64,000 nt of DNA from Nemertoderma westbladi (taxonomy: Eukaryota; Animalia; Xenacoelomorpha), in contig JAUCBJ010005087.1 in assembly GCA_032718475.1 (NCBI GenBank), forward strand, positions 740 to 64,739, in the 5' to 3' direction. Every line of letters begins with the position of its first letter. The stretch's first letter is position 1. The translations under genes were made by a program, and so were the position numbers. Below, piece by piece: positions 22,966 through 36,643 of this stretch. The notes under the pieces were generated by a model. It worked only from the letters and a program-made list of their open reading frames with translations, was not told where the DNA came from and did not search any database.

Positions 22966-23350
22966 TGACGTGGATACTACTAATTAATTTATTGTGATAT
23001 TAGCAAAGTTCTTGTTTTGATTTATTGCTTATTTTGACGTTGACTGCAATCTGATAATCACTGCAGGTTTAACACTTTATTGTAATTAATTACGTAATTA
23101 ATTGTGTCATCATTTAATAAACCATTGCCATGTGTAACCTGTTTGACCTATGTATTGTACGTAATCAATGTACTGATAAAAACTCTATGTATTAGACTCA
23201 ATATTAATTCTTTTGTAATTAGTTTGTGTGTTTGTGTGGTTTGGATTAAATTATATTACAACTGTAGGTTTGTCGGAATATAAAGATTTTAGTTAGTTTA
23301 CAATAACTTGTTTTTTTGACTACTAACTTCCCCGAACCGACTCCTCAACA
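22966..23350 (+). repeat. Probable 3' LTR of the truncated BEL element at 22.2 kb
   Basis: PPT-like GGGGGAAA followed by TG at 22966; ends ...CTCAACA. No partner LTR in the window. Confidence 0.5.
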
Positions 23351-23960
23351 CAGCGTTAATTTTCACATAGGGGGTGGAGGTTAGAGGAATATTGATGAGT
23401 ATGATCTGTTAATTTGTTTTCTGTTGCATTTTTATTTTTAGAAATTTTTATTAAAATTATTTCACAAATCCTAATAGAAATTTCCGCAGGGTCCCCACTT
23501 TTCGCCGGGCCCTAGGCTCAAGCCTCGTAGGCCTCTTGGGTAATATGGCACTGGGCCTGACTTGCATTCCGTTACTAGATTACCAGAAGTCAGTACAGCA
23601 GTAGGCTATTGCGTTCCCTAACCTGCTACTGTATCATGAGACCGGCTACCATCGGACAGGCAGCGCATTACAGCATTGAGGATGACCTTAACATTAGGCC
23701 TACAGTACAAACTCTTATAATATTTTTAACGCGATATTCGATTCTGGTACTGATAATGGCGATAGCAAAACTTGTAGGCCTCACAACTGTACCATCACTT
23801 GATTACCACTACTCAGTTTGTAATATAGGCCATTCCTTTAGTCCTTAATGCATTATGCATAATGCAATGTAATGCAATAACTATTTGTCTAATGCGCCGC
23901 CCCGCGGTCAGATGGTAGCCGGTCTGAATGTGATGGTAGCAGGAGCAGCAAGCAGCAGGG

Positions 23961-25063
23961 GGTCTTGTCGCATTTCGGCAACTCATAGTTTCATTTCGGC
24001 AACTCATAGTTTCATTTCGGCAACTTATAGTTGCATATCGGCAACTGTTAACCGGATGCGCTTAGGCAAACTAGATGCGTTTCGTAAACTAGTAAACAAA
24101 GGCCAACTGGATACTGTATAGAGCCTACAGTATAGAGATAGGTGGAATCTCAACGTCACCATCGCATTGTATCAACCAACATAGTCAGAGCAAATCGGTA
24201 TTATTTATTACCTTTGCCTCATTACGTTTCCCAGTATTCATTTTCAATCTACATTAGTTTACCCACGCCTACTCCACCACTACTAACTAATAACTATTAC
24301 CGAAGGCCTACACAAAACCAACAATAAACGAATAATATTATTATGTCTGATTCAATCAGAGTTAGGGCTACTACACCTGTCGTGGAAGTCAATATCCCCT
24401 TGTAAGCGTAATCATTGTACTGGTAAGCCTGAGTAAGCATCATTAGGCCCCTTGAACAAGCAACGAAATTGATGTTAGGTTTTGTTTCAGTTTCATTTCT
24501 GCCTACATAGTATGCCTACATTCAACAAAATATTCAAAAAAAAATTCATTCAAAAAAATTACCAATTCAACAAATTAGTAACTGAAATTAATTATTGCTG
24601 AAGTTGTAGCTGGAAACCCCGCCCAGCAAGGTGCGCTTCGCATTGTGTTAGAAAAACTCCCATTGGAAATTGTAAACGGGATTTGTGGTTCAGACAGACA
24701 GACTCCAGTTCCAAACGTACACATCCACAACTTCAGCTGCGGTATATTTAAAATTAACTACTGTAACTAACTCAAACATTTAACAACTCTGCCGTCAATA
24801 ACTATAACTAACTTAAACTTTTCATAATTTATAATTTACTTACATAATGAGTGCAGTCCCAGAGTTACATTATACATACGAGGGCATGTGACCTAGTTGC
24901 CGAAACGCGACTTCGGTTCGCCGAAATGCAACTACGAGTTGCCGAAATGCAACTACGAGTTGCCGAAACACAACTATAGCAGTTGGTGAAACGTAATTGT
25001 TCAGTTGCCGAAACGCGAATTTGAGTTGCCTAAACGTGACAGTTGCCTAAACGTGACAGAACC
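23961..25063. mobile_element. Foldback-type MITE with tandem-repeat TIRs (MULE/Foldback- or Merlin-like)
   Basis: GG...CC termini. 8-bp TSD CAGCAGGG (23953-23960, 25064-25071). Arms are built of ~21-bp ATTTCGGCAAT/C-type units in inverted orientation. Confidence 0.7.
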
Positions 25064-25459
25064 CAGCAGGGTAGGGAGGGAGCCCAGTACGCACTGCTTC
25101 TGCATTCTGCATATTAGCCTAGCACTGTAGTGCACAACAACAACAACCCATACTTCTGTACTGTCAGTGGATGTACTGTATATTTTGCGAAGGTTTATTT
25201 GAAATTAAACGGCAATTATTGGAATTATAGCCCATTATCTTATTTGGTTATGAATCATATCGGACGCTGAAAGTGTGAAATGTGCCCCCTATCAGTAAAT
25301 GGATAGCTTTCGCCCCTGCTTTAACATTAGCGATAACTTTCGCATAACTTTCGGTAGCTTTCGTTAGCTTTCGGTAATTGTCCTCTTTCAGAACTATACG
25401 ACTTGCCAACAACAACAAGATTTGCTTTTGCTTTGATTTGGAGGTAAATCTATGTTCGA

Positions 25460-26340
25460 TGCTAGAAATCTTACGAGCTTATGGAATACCAGAAGTAATT
25501 GTCGCTGACATTGGATTGTTATATACACCAAGGTTCAAGCTACACCAAGGTTCCACCTTGGTGTAGTGGTTACATTGAATTTACTTTAATTTATTTACAT
25601 CTCCCGTAGGTCGTGGGTTCGATCCTCACATGGGACAGGGCAGTTTTCGTTTCGGCAAGGATGCTTTAAAGGGACCAGCCAGGGCTCATGTCTGCCTTGC
25701 ATCCTTAAGTGGTAGCTAAATGAGTACTTGAGTTTCCTCTGGGGAGTAAAGTTCTGGGGGGACCGCACTGGAAATAAGTCGTCAGACTTTGTGCGTAATC
25801 CCTGGCCTAGTGGCCGAAGAAAATTAACTTTTACTTTTATACTTTACTTTTGTTATATAATGACATACTGTAGGAGCTCAGGTACTCTCACCAGATGGTG
25901 AAACTGAGTTGTTCTCAATCCTGGCTGGCGTACTGCAAGGTGACACAGGCTCCATTACCATTCATAATTGTATGAGATTTCGCAATGAGGGAGGATGACC
26001 ACTCTGGGAGAAATGGATTTACACTACTGTACAAGAACGCAGAAGTAGTAGATATCCGGCAACTCAGTCACAGATACGGATTTGTGGATCACACTGCCCT
26101 GCTCTACTAGCAGATGCACAGCTTCTACTTAATAAAGTGGAGAGGGCTGCTAAGGAGGTTGGATTGTATATAAATGCTACAAAGACCGAATTTATAACTT
26201 TTAATGTTGATGGAAACTTGACAACCATTGATAATAATCTACTAAGGAAGGTCGACGACTTCCAGTACCTTGAGTCATGGCACTGGATCATGACATAGAA
26301 GCTACACAGGAAAGCAAAAGCATGGTTAGCTCTATAATAA
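25460..26340 (+). pseudogene. Decayed RTE LINE fragment interrupted by a SINE
   Basis: MLEILRAYGIPE...GVLQGDT...VGLYINATKTEF...VDDFQYL. Same family as 12800-13325. Confidence 0.8.
25526..25849 (+). mobile_element. tRNA-derived SINE with central core and (TTTTAC)n-like tail
   Basis: A box TGGTGTAGTGG and B box GGTTCGATCC. 10-bp TSD TTGTTATATA (25516-25525, 25850-25859). The empty site is visible in the paralogue at ~12861. Confidence 0.85.
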
Positions 26341-28183
26341 TCAGACCTAAATTTATAGTGTTTTGCCACAGGTGTAGCAGGGATATTAATTATCTAACAG
26401 TCCAGAAAGCGACAGTTTTTTAAGAAAAACGGGCATAAAAAGTCATTAATCGGATATTCTTTGATATTCAGATCTCAATTATTCCCATTAATTTTTATCC
26501 TGGATTTCATATTACACCATACATTAACTTCTGCATAATGCGTGGTAATCAAGGTGTGTTGCCCATGCCTGCCCAAAATTGTTTCAAACGTTTTCATTGG
26601 CTGCTGAACTCTGTATATAATATGGAATAAACATTATTTACCAATCACAAATTCCTCTCTTGTTTTCTTTGTTATGGAAAAGTGTGTTATCCAATCATTC
26701 CTTGATGGAGAAAACAGCTACAAATTGAAATACTAATAAAATTATAGAAACTCAAAGTTGTTATTCTCTACTTTGTTTTCACTTCACGGTTTATCTATCA
26801 CTGCACTTTTGAGTTGGTTGTATCAACGAACTTTTATATTACAGGTTGGCTTTTAAATTATAATATACAATACCATATAGTAAGCTACATGAAGTAGTTC
26901 AGACATAAAAACAACTGGAGAAGGAGAGAAAAAAATTGTATTTACTTTAATTTGGTCAAGTAATATATAATAACTTTATTGTCTTTATCAGCCAGGCTCT
27001 TGTCAACACTGGGCGCTAACCACGAATTACAAGGAGACAATTTAGAGAACACTTGTGTTACGAAAGTACATCCAAATAATATATTATTATACAATGTACA
27101 ATAATAAGTTGATCTGCTTGTATATGCTGGTATTCATAGCATGTTGCCTTCAAGAAATGACTACAGCTAGGAAGTATTACAACAGCCAAATATTATTTGG
27201 TAAGTCTAAATATATATTTTTATAATAACATGACCTAGTAGGTAATGATTAATGTAAATAAGTGCCACCTTGGAGTGTGTAGTCTAACCCATTGCCTGGT
27301 GTTCCATCCCCGCAGGGGGGTCAGGGTTATTCTCAATTCGCCAAAAAAGTTTCAAAGTGATAACTAGGGCATAAGTTGGTAATATCAAATTTCCAAAGCA
27401 TCTCCCTACCCTCTTGAAATTCATGGAAACCTATAGCAAAAACGTCAATTATTTATGCACTAATTTTCAGATGGTTTGATATAGCTAATGTACATTATTT
27501 CCTTACAAATTTGATTGCCGTTAATGACCAACTCAAATTTAGATTAACTGATTGGGGCTTTGAATGTATAATTAAACAGGAAAAAAAAGAGCAGTTTATG
27601 TAGCTACATTATTAAGCGTGGGCGTTGATTACAGTAAGAAGTGAGTGAAAGAACAGGCTCCCATAACGTCAGTCCGTGACTGTTGAATATCTTTTGTCGC
27701 CATGTTAGCAATGCTGCGTGCCCGGACATTGCTCTCACGTTCCGGAAATTGGGATCCTATGTACAGGTGTTTGATGTTGTCAAATAAATATATAATCAAT
27801 TTGTAAAGTTGTTATTTGGCGTCCACTTTTCTATTATTATGCTATATATGTCTATATGCCTCTGCCCATTCATGGAATGGGTATGGAGCTCCCAGTGGGG
27901 CCCCCCATTCCTGTATTTTGCAGTACAAGTTGAATTGTACAATAGTTAAGCGCTGGCAAAAATTCATACAATAAATTAAAATCATTTTAATTATTAATAC
28001 ATTTTTTTATTTTTAACTTTTCATATTATCTTTTTATGATGCCCCGACTGCCAGCTCTCTTACTTTTATAAAACAAATTCAACGCTAAATTATTAATAAA
28101 GCCAATTAGTGAAATAATTAATTAAATTTTTTACTACTGCAATTCCCTGTTAAAGGTTATGTATGAGCTCAATGCGCATATTC

Positions 28184-28265
28184 GGTATGTTATATACAGC
28201 CAGATACTATGGTATGTTACATACAGCCAGATACTATGGTATGTTACATACAGCCAGATACTATG
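28184..28265. repeat. 27-bp tandem triplication
   Basis: GGTATGTTACATACAGCCAGATACTAT x3. Confidence 0.85.
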
Positions 28266-31200
28266 CCATTAAGTTTATTTCTGTCAAATTTTGTCAGGAT
28301 ATTCTTTGTATAACCATAGCTAGTAGAAATAATAAAATTGAATTCACAAAATTGAATTTTCGATGACAAAAATTCTTCCCCACCTGAATGTATCTGTTGT
28401 GAATTCTAATAACAAAAAATAGATGACTTATTCAGTTTCGTTGACTAAACAGATCGTCAACGATAAACGATTGAATATTCTTGGATTCCTATTTTTTTGG
28501 TTTAATTAATTCAGGACAGGACGGAAACCACACAAATCCACATCCTAGTGAAGTGGCAACGTCCCATTAAGGAACTTGTAAATTCTTTAACTCATCGTTT
28601 GTGTTCGACCGTATTTCTTGGAGTGAAGCCACATGAATTCTTTATCTAATCATTAGTGTCACCGATGTATGTTTTTAAGTAGATGTTAAGTAGTCTTTTT
28701 ATGTGAGAACAACAATTTATATTCAATTTCCTCCATATTCTATCAATAAGTTATTGTTAATACTGGTGTTAAGATTACACTAATTTTTACTTATATACTG
28801 TAATATTGTCGTAAAAATAAGATTTCATTTAAAAATATAACTAAATCATTAATTTACAATGCAAATTATATGCACTAAAATTTGCTTATTTGCACAAAAT
28901 AATAAAAATATAAGTATAATTATGATTTAAAAATAGTTAAAATAAATTTTAAAGTTGGTTTGGTAACATTTATCAATGCTGAACAGTTGGAAGGGCAGCA
29001 CCATCTTCCACTTCAATAAAAATCAACCAAATATTAAATAAGTGTTAAATAAAAATTTAAAAATATAACTACTTATTGCCGTAATGTTCCGTTAAATAAA
29101 GTAACGGAATATTTTTACTGGACAATATTAAGTATTTCAAGCATTAATGTTCTTCTTATTTAAATTTACCATGCAAATAGTAATTATTATAATAGGTAAC
29201 TTGACACCATAATTTGTCTTCTTCAATAAATATATTTAGTGTAATTTTTCCTTGGTTCTCAGTTGCTGATGGCTATCTATTAACTGGTTTACGTTACAGG
29301 GCATTCCGGAAAGAGGGGATCTAATGCCGGCGGTGACGGAGAAAAGTTGACTGACGTTGTGCGAAACTCCAAAGATCGACTGGATAGAGACGGGAAACTG
29401 ACAAGGGATCAAGTGTTGGATGTTAGTCAGAAACTTTGAAATAAACCCACTTCTCGTATTTTATAATATATTATATCAAAAATTTAATCTAGAGTCATTC
29501 CTTGTCTATCCATGCTATCGTTTCAAGGGTGTTCAGTTACCGTGCGACATACTTATTGTAGTCGCTTTTGTCATGAGAAGGCCTTTGAGGTACATGTTTG
29601 GTTTAGCGTGATGCAGCTTTGAAGTGAGTGATAATAATAATGTAATAGTAATACAAATAAAAGGATATTAATTACCACCTTGGGCAAAAAACATTTTGTG
29701 GGAAAAATTTCCCCGAGTCTCGCACCTCATGACGTAAACACATGAACTGGATATCTATCGGTAATAGAAAATAGAAGGCAGTTTTATCAGGTGCAGTACG
29801 AGCCCATTATTCCGAATAGATCGCATGGTACCGGTACTTATATGAATGTTGATCCATTATTACTGTAGAATAGATGGACATTGAAGAGGCTTATTAATTT
29901 GTTAGTTGATTCAATAATTGCTGTAATACACGGTGTCATTCGATCCACAACCATTACGGTTTTACATCATTTCATTTCCTCCCCGCGCATCATACAGGAT
30001 ACGCCTTAGAGCGAATAATTGGCGTCTCAATAAATTCTACATGCAACGCATTTATTCATAGCATTATTTACAGGTGTTGCGATGCTGGTTCAAAGATTTG
30101 CGCCTATCTCCCATCTAATTTGGGGCGAGCCATGCAGTGAGTGATTCATCGGATTAATTAGATCAAATATCATTACAGGAGTAGATTTAATACATATTCA
30201 TCCCGGTTTAGGAAGTTGTAGCCCCAGGTTTGACCCAGCTTAATGTCTTGCCTACACGGTAGGGTATCCTCTTTCCGTATGTGAATCAGAACGGATAAAG
30301 ATTGATTGACCTTGTAACATGACTTTTCTCGTTTCTCGTAGAGTACGGAATTGTTAGAAACCAACTCAATCTGTAATCACATATGTCTTCTCCCAAGGCT
30401 TATTATACCTCTTATTTATTTTTATTTAAATGTGATGGTAGTTACCCAGTTCAAATTCACTCAACCCTGGTTATCAAATACTGTTGTACATTTTATCACG
30501 GTAATAAAATTATTTAGTAAAAGGTAGGGAGACAAGGCCCCAAATTGGCAATTATTTTCTCTGTTTATTCGAAATTTAAACTGAAATATTTCGACGATTG
30601 TGGTGTCGATGTAGATCAGATTGTGGTGGAATAAGTATAATTAATATAGGTTTACCATACCAAACTAAGTGTCCCAGTATGTTTGTCGAGTATCCATCAC
30701 TCCAACTTACCTTCAAAATGTGACCTTCCTTTGTCGAAATGGTTCATCTGACCGGACGTGTACTGCACACCAGCTGACAGGTGCTCCTTGCTATAGTATC
30801 CTTGCCGTACTATACACTACCCTACAACACATACACCACATATATGTACTGTACTACTGTATGTCGACACACCTTTGCGTTGATTTGCACTCCATAGCAT
30901 TTTAGTACTCACTTCGCTCTCATGCACACAGGCAGAATAATCTGCTGTTTCAATAAATAACATAATATATATTTACTTACCTGATAACATATCAGGTAAC
31001 TGTCCTCAACCTTTTGTTTGAGGGAGTCTGCCTTTCTGTATATCTTTCTACCTACACCCTTCCCCCGCATTACCCACGATATATTACATATATTACAGTA
31101 TATACACAATATATTACTAACAAAAAGTTATAATTTTTGTTACTTTTTCCTATAACATTTATTTATTCACCAGAATGTAATTTGTTTGACGTATTTGAGT

Positions 31201-31663
31201 ACTACAACTGTATATGCCAGTCATTCTAATCGGCATAAGAATAATATGTTACGACACTTTCATAATTACTTTTAGAAATCAGTAATTATTACAGCAGGAT
31301 AATATCCCTCGCCTTCCCTATTGCGGGATTTATTATTATATCTACACGTCCCCCCCCCCCCCCCCCCGCCCCCACCACAACAATTATAGACAGTTACATA
31401 ATTAGAGAAGTCGGATTTTGAATTAAACCTATTCTAATTAGCTTTGCAATTATTGCTCCCGAAGGTTTATGGGAGTTTGAGTTAATTTTTTCGATTATGA
31501 GCTACACTGTATGTATATACTATGACGGGATGGATTCTGTGTAACTAGGATTTACAGTTAAACAGTAGTTTATAATTAGCCGTGGATAAAAATCTGTCGA
31601 TAATTCAACGTTAATTATTTCCTAATTCTAGGAAAAGAATTGATCACGATCGCAGATTACTAT

Positions 31664-32990
31664 TAATAATACACCATATTTGTATTAGGTCACTAAATAA
31701 TACACCATATTTGTATCAGGTCACTAAATAATACACCATATTTGTATCAGGTCACTAAATAATACACCATATTTGTATCAGGTCACTAAATAATACACCA
31801 TATTTGTATTAGGTCACTAAATAATACACCATATTTGTATTAGGTCACTAAATAAATACACCATATTTGTATCAGATCACTAAATAATACACCATATTTG
31901 TATCAGGTCACTAAATAATACACCATATTTGTATTAGGTCACTAAATAAATACACCATATTTGTATCAGATCACTAAATAATACACCATATTTGTATTCA
32001 GGTCACTAAATAATACACCATATTTGTATCAGGTCACTAAATAATACACCATATTTGTATCAGGTCACTAAATAATACACCATATTTGTATTAGGTCACT
32101 AAATAAATACACCATATTTGTATCAGATCACTAAATAATACACCATATTTGAATTCAGGTCACTAAATAATACACCATATTTGTATCAGGTCACTAAATA
32201 ATACACCATATTTGTATCAGGTCACTAAATAATACACCATATTTGTATCAGGTCACTAAATAATACACCATATTTGTATGAGGTCACTAAATACTGTAAT
32301 ACACCATATTTGTATCAGGTCACTAAATAAATACACCATATTTGTATCAGATCACTAAATAATACACCATATTTGTATTCAGGTCACTAAATAATACACC
32401 ATATTTGTATCAGGTCACTAAATAATACACCATATTTGTATCAGGTCACTAAATAATACACCATATTTGTATCAGGTCACTAAATAATACACCATATTTG
32501 TATGAGGTCACTAAATACTGTAATACACGATATTTGTATCAGGTCACTAAATAATACACCATATTAGTATCAGGTCACTAAATACTGTAATACCCCATAT
32601 TTGTATCAGGTCACTAAATAATACACCATATTTGTATCAGGTCACTAAATATTACACCAGATTTGAATCAGGTCACTAAATAATACACCATATTTGTATC
32701 AGGTCACTAAATAATACACCATATTTGGATCAGGTCACTAAATAATACACCATATTTGTATCAGGTCACTAAATACTGTAATACCCCATATTTGTATCAG
32801 GTCACTAAATAATACACCATATTTGTATCAGGTCACTATATATTACACCAGATTTTTATCAGGTCACTAAATAATACACCATATTTGTATCAGGTCACTA
32901 AATAATACACCATATTTGTATCAGGTCACTAAATAATACACCATATTTGTATCAGGTCACTAAATACTGTAATACACCATATTTGTATCA
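31664..32990. repeat. 31-bp minisatellite (TAAATAATACACCATATTTGTATCAGGTCAC)n, about 42 units; last degenerate unit at ~51375-51415
   Basis: Direct tandem array that resumes after the LINE/LTR insertion. Confidence 0.96.
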
Positions 32991-33654
32991 CTACTACTAC
33001 TAGGATCGGCATGCTGCATTGCAGCTGCATTTTTAAGAATGCTGTGCCGGCTTATCGACAAAATTGCACCGCCATAACTCCCTATCACCCATGACATTTA
33101 CTAGATCATCCGCATCTTCAAGGCCAGTGTCCTTTAAGATGCGTCTCAAAAAAGTCATGGGCTGTCCACCATGCTTATTCACTCCATGAGGCTGCCAAAG
33201 TACAAGATTATGCACTGGTTGGTCCTCACGGCGAAAGCAATGTCCTGCAAAGCGGAGGCGATTTTGTTCTAGTGTCAAGCTTGGGGGAACCAGTGAGACA
33301 CCTCCAATGTTATATAGTGTCTGGTTGGAGATGTGTGCATTGTACTTGACACAATGAACCCGGCGTAGCATTCTAGTGAATGTGCCATCCAGAGATTTGG
33401 TGTCCTCAGCAGTTAGAGCCCAGCATGGACTCCCATAGAGGAGTACTGGAACTACTGTTGCTCTAAATAATCGGACCTTAATTTTCCGATTAATTCTCGG
33501 TGACTTCCAAATCCTGGAAAGCCTATTCAAGGCTGCCCATGCCTTTCCCTTACGTATTCGAAGGTCTTCACCTGACTTCCGGATCCATGATCCCAGGTAA
33601 CAGAAGTCATCCACATGCTCAAGCATTCCATCTTTTGAGCTTATGCTTATCCGT
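32991..33654 (-). mobile_element. 3' part of RTE-clade LINE (C-terminal ORF, short 3' UTR, (TAG)n tail)
   Basis: VDDFCYLGS, KVRLFRATVVPVLLYG and RLRFAGHC motifs. Tail TAGTAGTAG. 12-bp TSD ATATTTGTATCA at 32979-32990 and 51375-51386. Confidence 0.9.
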
Positions 33655-34853
33655 TGTTCGCGCTTTTAGACCTTTAGCAGTTTAACCTGCCAAATTTAGG
33701 TATCTTCTAGGTTATAAATCGACTTTAGCCTATGACAAGTATTTGATACACTACATTAGACGAAGCCAGCCTATGCGCGACCATTCGCCCGCTGGATTTA
33801 CCCGGGAGACTGGATTCGGAAGCTCTGACCTTATTGCGGTGTAGGCCTACTGTATTATTCGATTGATTGTTAATATATAATCTCTGACAAATATTATTCA
33901 CTTTCGGGAAATATCAACAGTTCCTTTAGGACGTGGCGCTCTAAGTATATAAACAGAGTTATGACTTACACTAAACACAACAGGATGGCTATTGATTCAC
34001 GTATAAAGCGCATTCTTTAGGAGATGCTTTGTTATCTATCAAACTCATGAAAACTACCGCACAATGCTGCACACCAATCTCCCGACCTTCACTAATTTTA
34101 GTCACATATAAAGAGAACAGCAACCGACACATGTAGGGCCTATGAAATCGCATTAGATTCACTCCAAAACCACTATAATGTAAGTCGCAATTGCTATATG
34201 TAACCGGTCTCTCACCTTCAGTATATCAAGAAGATTGGGGTTTTATGATTATTTATCGATATTCTCCAAATATAACAATATTCCATCAAATAAACCATAA
34301 TAACCGACAGTAAATAGCAGTAAAATAATGCGGTGAAAGGTACATTCTGGCATTTGAGTCTGACCAGTTCGGTTTGTGATGTGCTATGCGTTATGATATG
34401 GTTTGATAACAGTTATACGTTTCTATGATCAAAGCCGTTCTAATGTTTGGCTAAAGTCTGAAACACAGAATAATTCCACAGCCGATGTTCTGGTATCAGG
34501 AAAAAAGGTAAACAAAGACCATAATGCATTGCGCGATTTCCCGGAGGCTTCTGTACAAATAAAATGAAAATCGCTCTGATTGGTCGACAGAACAAAGAAC
34601 AAAGAAAAAGTTACACGTGGACATATCAGCTGACAGATGTCGTCATCTGAACTTACACTGTATCAAGAGTATTTTGGCGTATTGCGACATAAAATCGCTA
34701 GTTATGTCCGCTAAAGTACACATACCGAAGAAATGGCTTTTTATGTCCACTAAAACACCGGTACAGTAAGGAAACGGCTTTTTATGTCCGCTAAAACACC
34801 TACAGAGTACTTTGCGGGGAAAATGACTAGCTAATTCCGCAAAAGCCTTTACA
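33655..34853 (-). repeat. 3' LTR of element B
   Basis: TG...CA ends. PPT adjacent at 34854-34861. Confidence 0.95.
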
Positions 34854-34930
34854 CCGCTCCCAGAAAATGGGATTTAATTCTATAAAATATAAAAAATCAC
34901 AGTTTCTAAAATATAAAATAGTCTAAACAG

Positions 34931-36643
34931 TTAGTCTTTCTTGCGCGGACGGCGTTTACGCAGTTTTTTGAGGCTAGCAAGAGTCCTTTTCTCTTTGGGG
35001 CGAGCCACTTTACTAGGAGGGCTATAACTCCTGGGTGAAGGGTGCAATACAATTGCATCAGAAGGTTTAGGGTTACAGTCAGTGTGTCCGCCGGTCGAGG
35101 TACCCGGTTGATCGGTATCAACCTCAGTGGAACGAGGTCGAACAACCTTGAGAGCGCATTTTAAGACAGCAGCTCTTACTGGTCCCTGACGGGTCGTTTG
35201 CACGAAAGCGGTAAGTGGACCGTGTGTAGTGAGAATTTCCTCGATTTGATGATTCTTTTCAACTCGCGTTCTCTAGCTCTATAGGAATCGATATGCTTCT
35301 CCTCGAGCTGATTTTCCTCCGCTTGTTGTTGGAAGCATTCGTCTAAAACGCTTTTAGAGTAGAGTCGTCCAAGTTCGATATCTTCTTAGAGATTCTGGAT
35401 TTCCTGATCGAACTGAGATAAAGCTAATTCGTTTACCGCTTGGACTTGCTGCTGCAATTTACGTTTCTCTAAACAATTGTAGGTTCCTTTTCCGATCTTT
35501 TGACGAGTAGTGTCCAACGCGTTTCGTACAACTCTCTCCTCCTCCTCGGTGACAGGTTGTATCGGGTTAAACCGGGACGATGATACGATTGAATGACGAT
35601 ATTAGGTGTCCGCGTCCCAATCTGGCTAGGGAAGATGGGCGAATATCTAGGGAGTCCACAACCGGAGTGCCACTGACTAACTTTTCGGGTGACACTAGAT
35701 CTTTGAACAGTGAGTACAGTTCGGGAGGATCCGTGATTCTATTAGGATCAAGAGTCTGAGGTCTCACTAGGAAGTGAGGAGGTCTGACCGAGTATTCCGG
35801 AACTCTGATCATAGGTTTATTTAAGGATCGTTTGAATCGAATGAGCGTAGGTGATACATCGAACAAATTTCGCTCGAAACTCCCGTAAATATAGCGAGTA
35901 AAACCGTGTTTAAAGCAACGTCTCCGCGGATGTTTATGTCTTTCCGTTTGCTGATTGGGTCTAGGGCATTCGTCGCAGTAATACCAAAGACGCACGTCCT
36001 GCAGGGGAAACGCGGGTGATCGTTCTCCAGTTTTACAATATTCCTCCATCTGTTCGAAGCTATCTGGGATGACAGGTAGTGGTCGATCGGCGGTAAGATA
36101 CATCATAGTGAAATAGAGCCGTTTGAGTTCTATCATAGGGTCATGATGTATACCTTGAGGATATCGAGTTTCTAGATTTTGTTGACTGGCAATATTGAGA
36201 TATGTTTCTCTCAGGAATTCCAGATAATCGTTGAAGTTACCGCGTTTATCCGGTTCTTTAACGTCTTCTCTTTCGAGTCGATTTCGAATAGAATTTTCGC
36301 ATTCGATTTTAAGTTTATCGTTCCGACTCCGCTGGGTAGGATATTTAAATAGTACCATTTCCCTTTCGGTGTCGACATAGTCCGTATCGTGTAAATCGAT
36401 AGGATGGCCAGTAGTTAAGAAGTCCATATACGTACCATTACGATGCGTATAGCGAGCGGTGAATTTTCTATAGTCCAATTCACGCGTAAGTTGCTACTGG
36501 GACATCGGCGGTTCGATATAATGACCATCGTCCTCCGTAGTAGTTGGACTAGCGTCGCCGCGTATCAAGCTATCAACAAACGCTTGTAAAGGTAGAGTAT
36601 ATCGCTCCCTGATACCAAGATCATCTTCTATCAACTCAGTCAT
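34931..36643 (-). pseudogene. Extra ORF of element B (unknown protein; Cys/His motif, coiled-coil-like region, basic tail), disrupted
   Basis: ATG at 36643 is in frame with the 303-aa ORF 35567-36478 across a single TAG (36494-36496). The frameshifted continuation is E/Q-rich and a final frame ends KKLRKRRPRKKD. Confidence 0.6.

Noticed and set aside
31664-32990. 31-bp repeats as a CRISPR array
   Set aside because: The units are head-to-tail with no unique spacers, there are no cas genes, and the context is eukaryotic.
35567-36478. env gene
   Set aside because: No signal peptide or transmembrane anchor is visible, and the sequence is hydrophilic.
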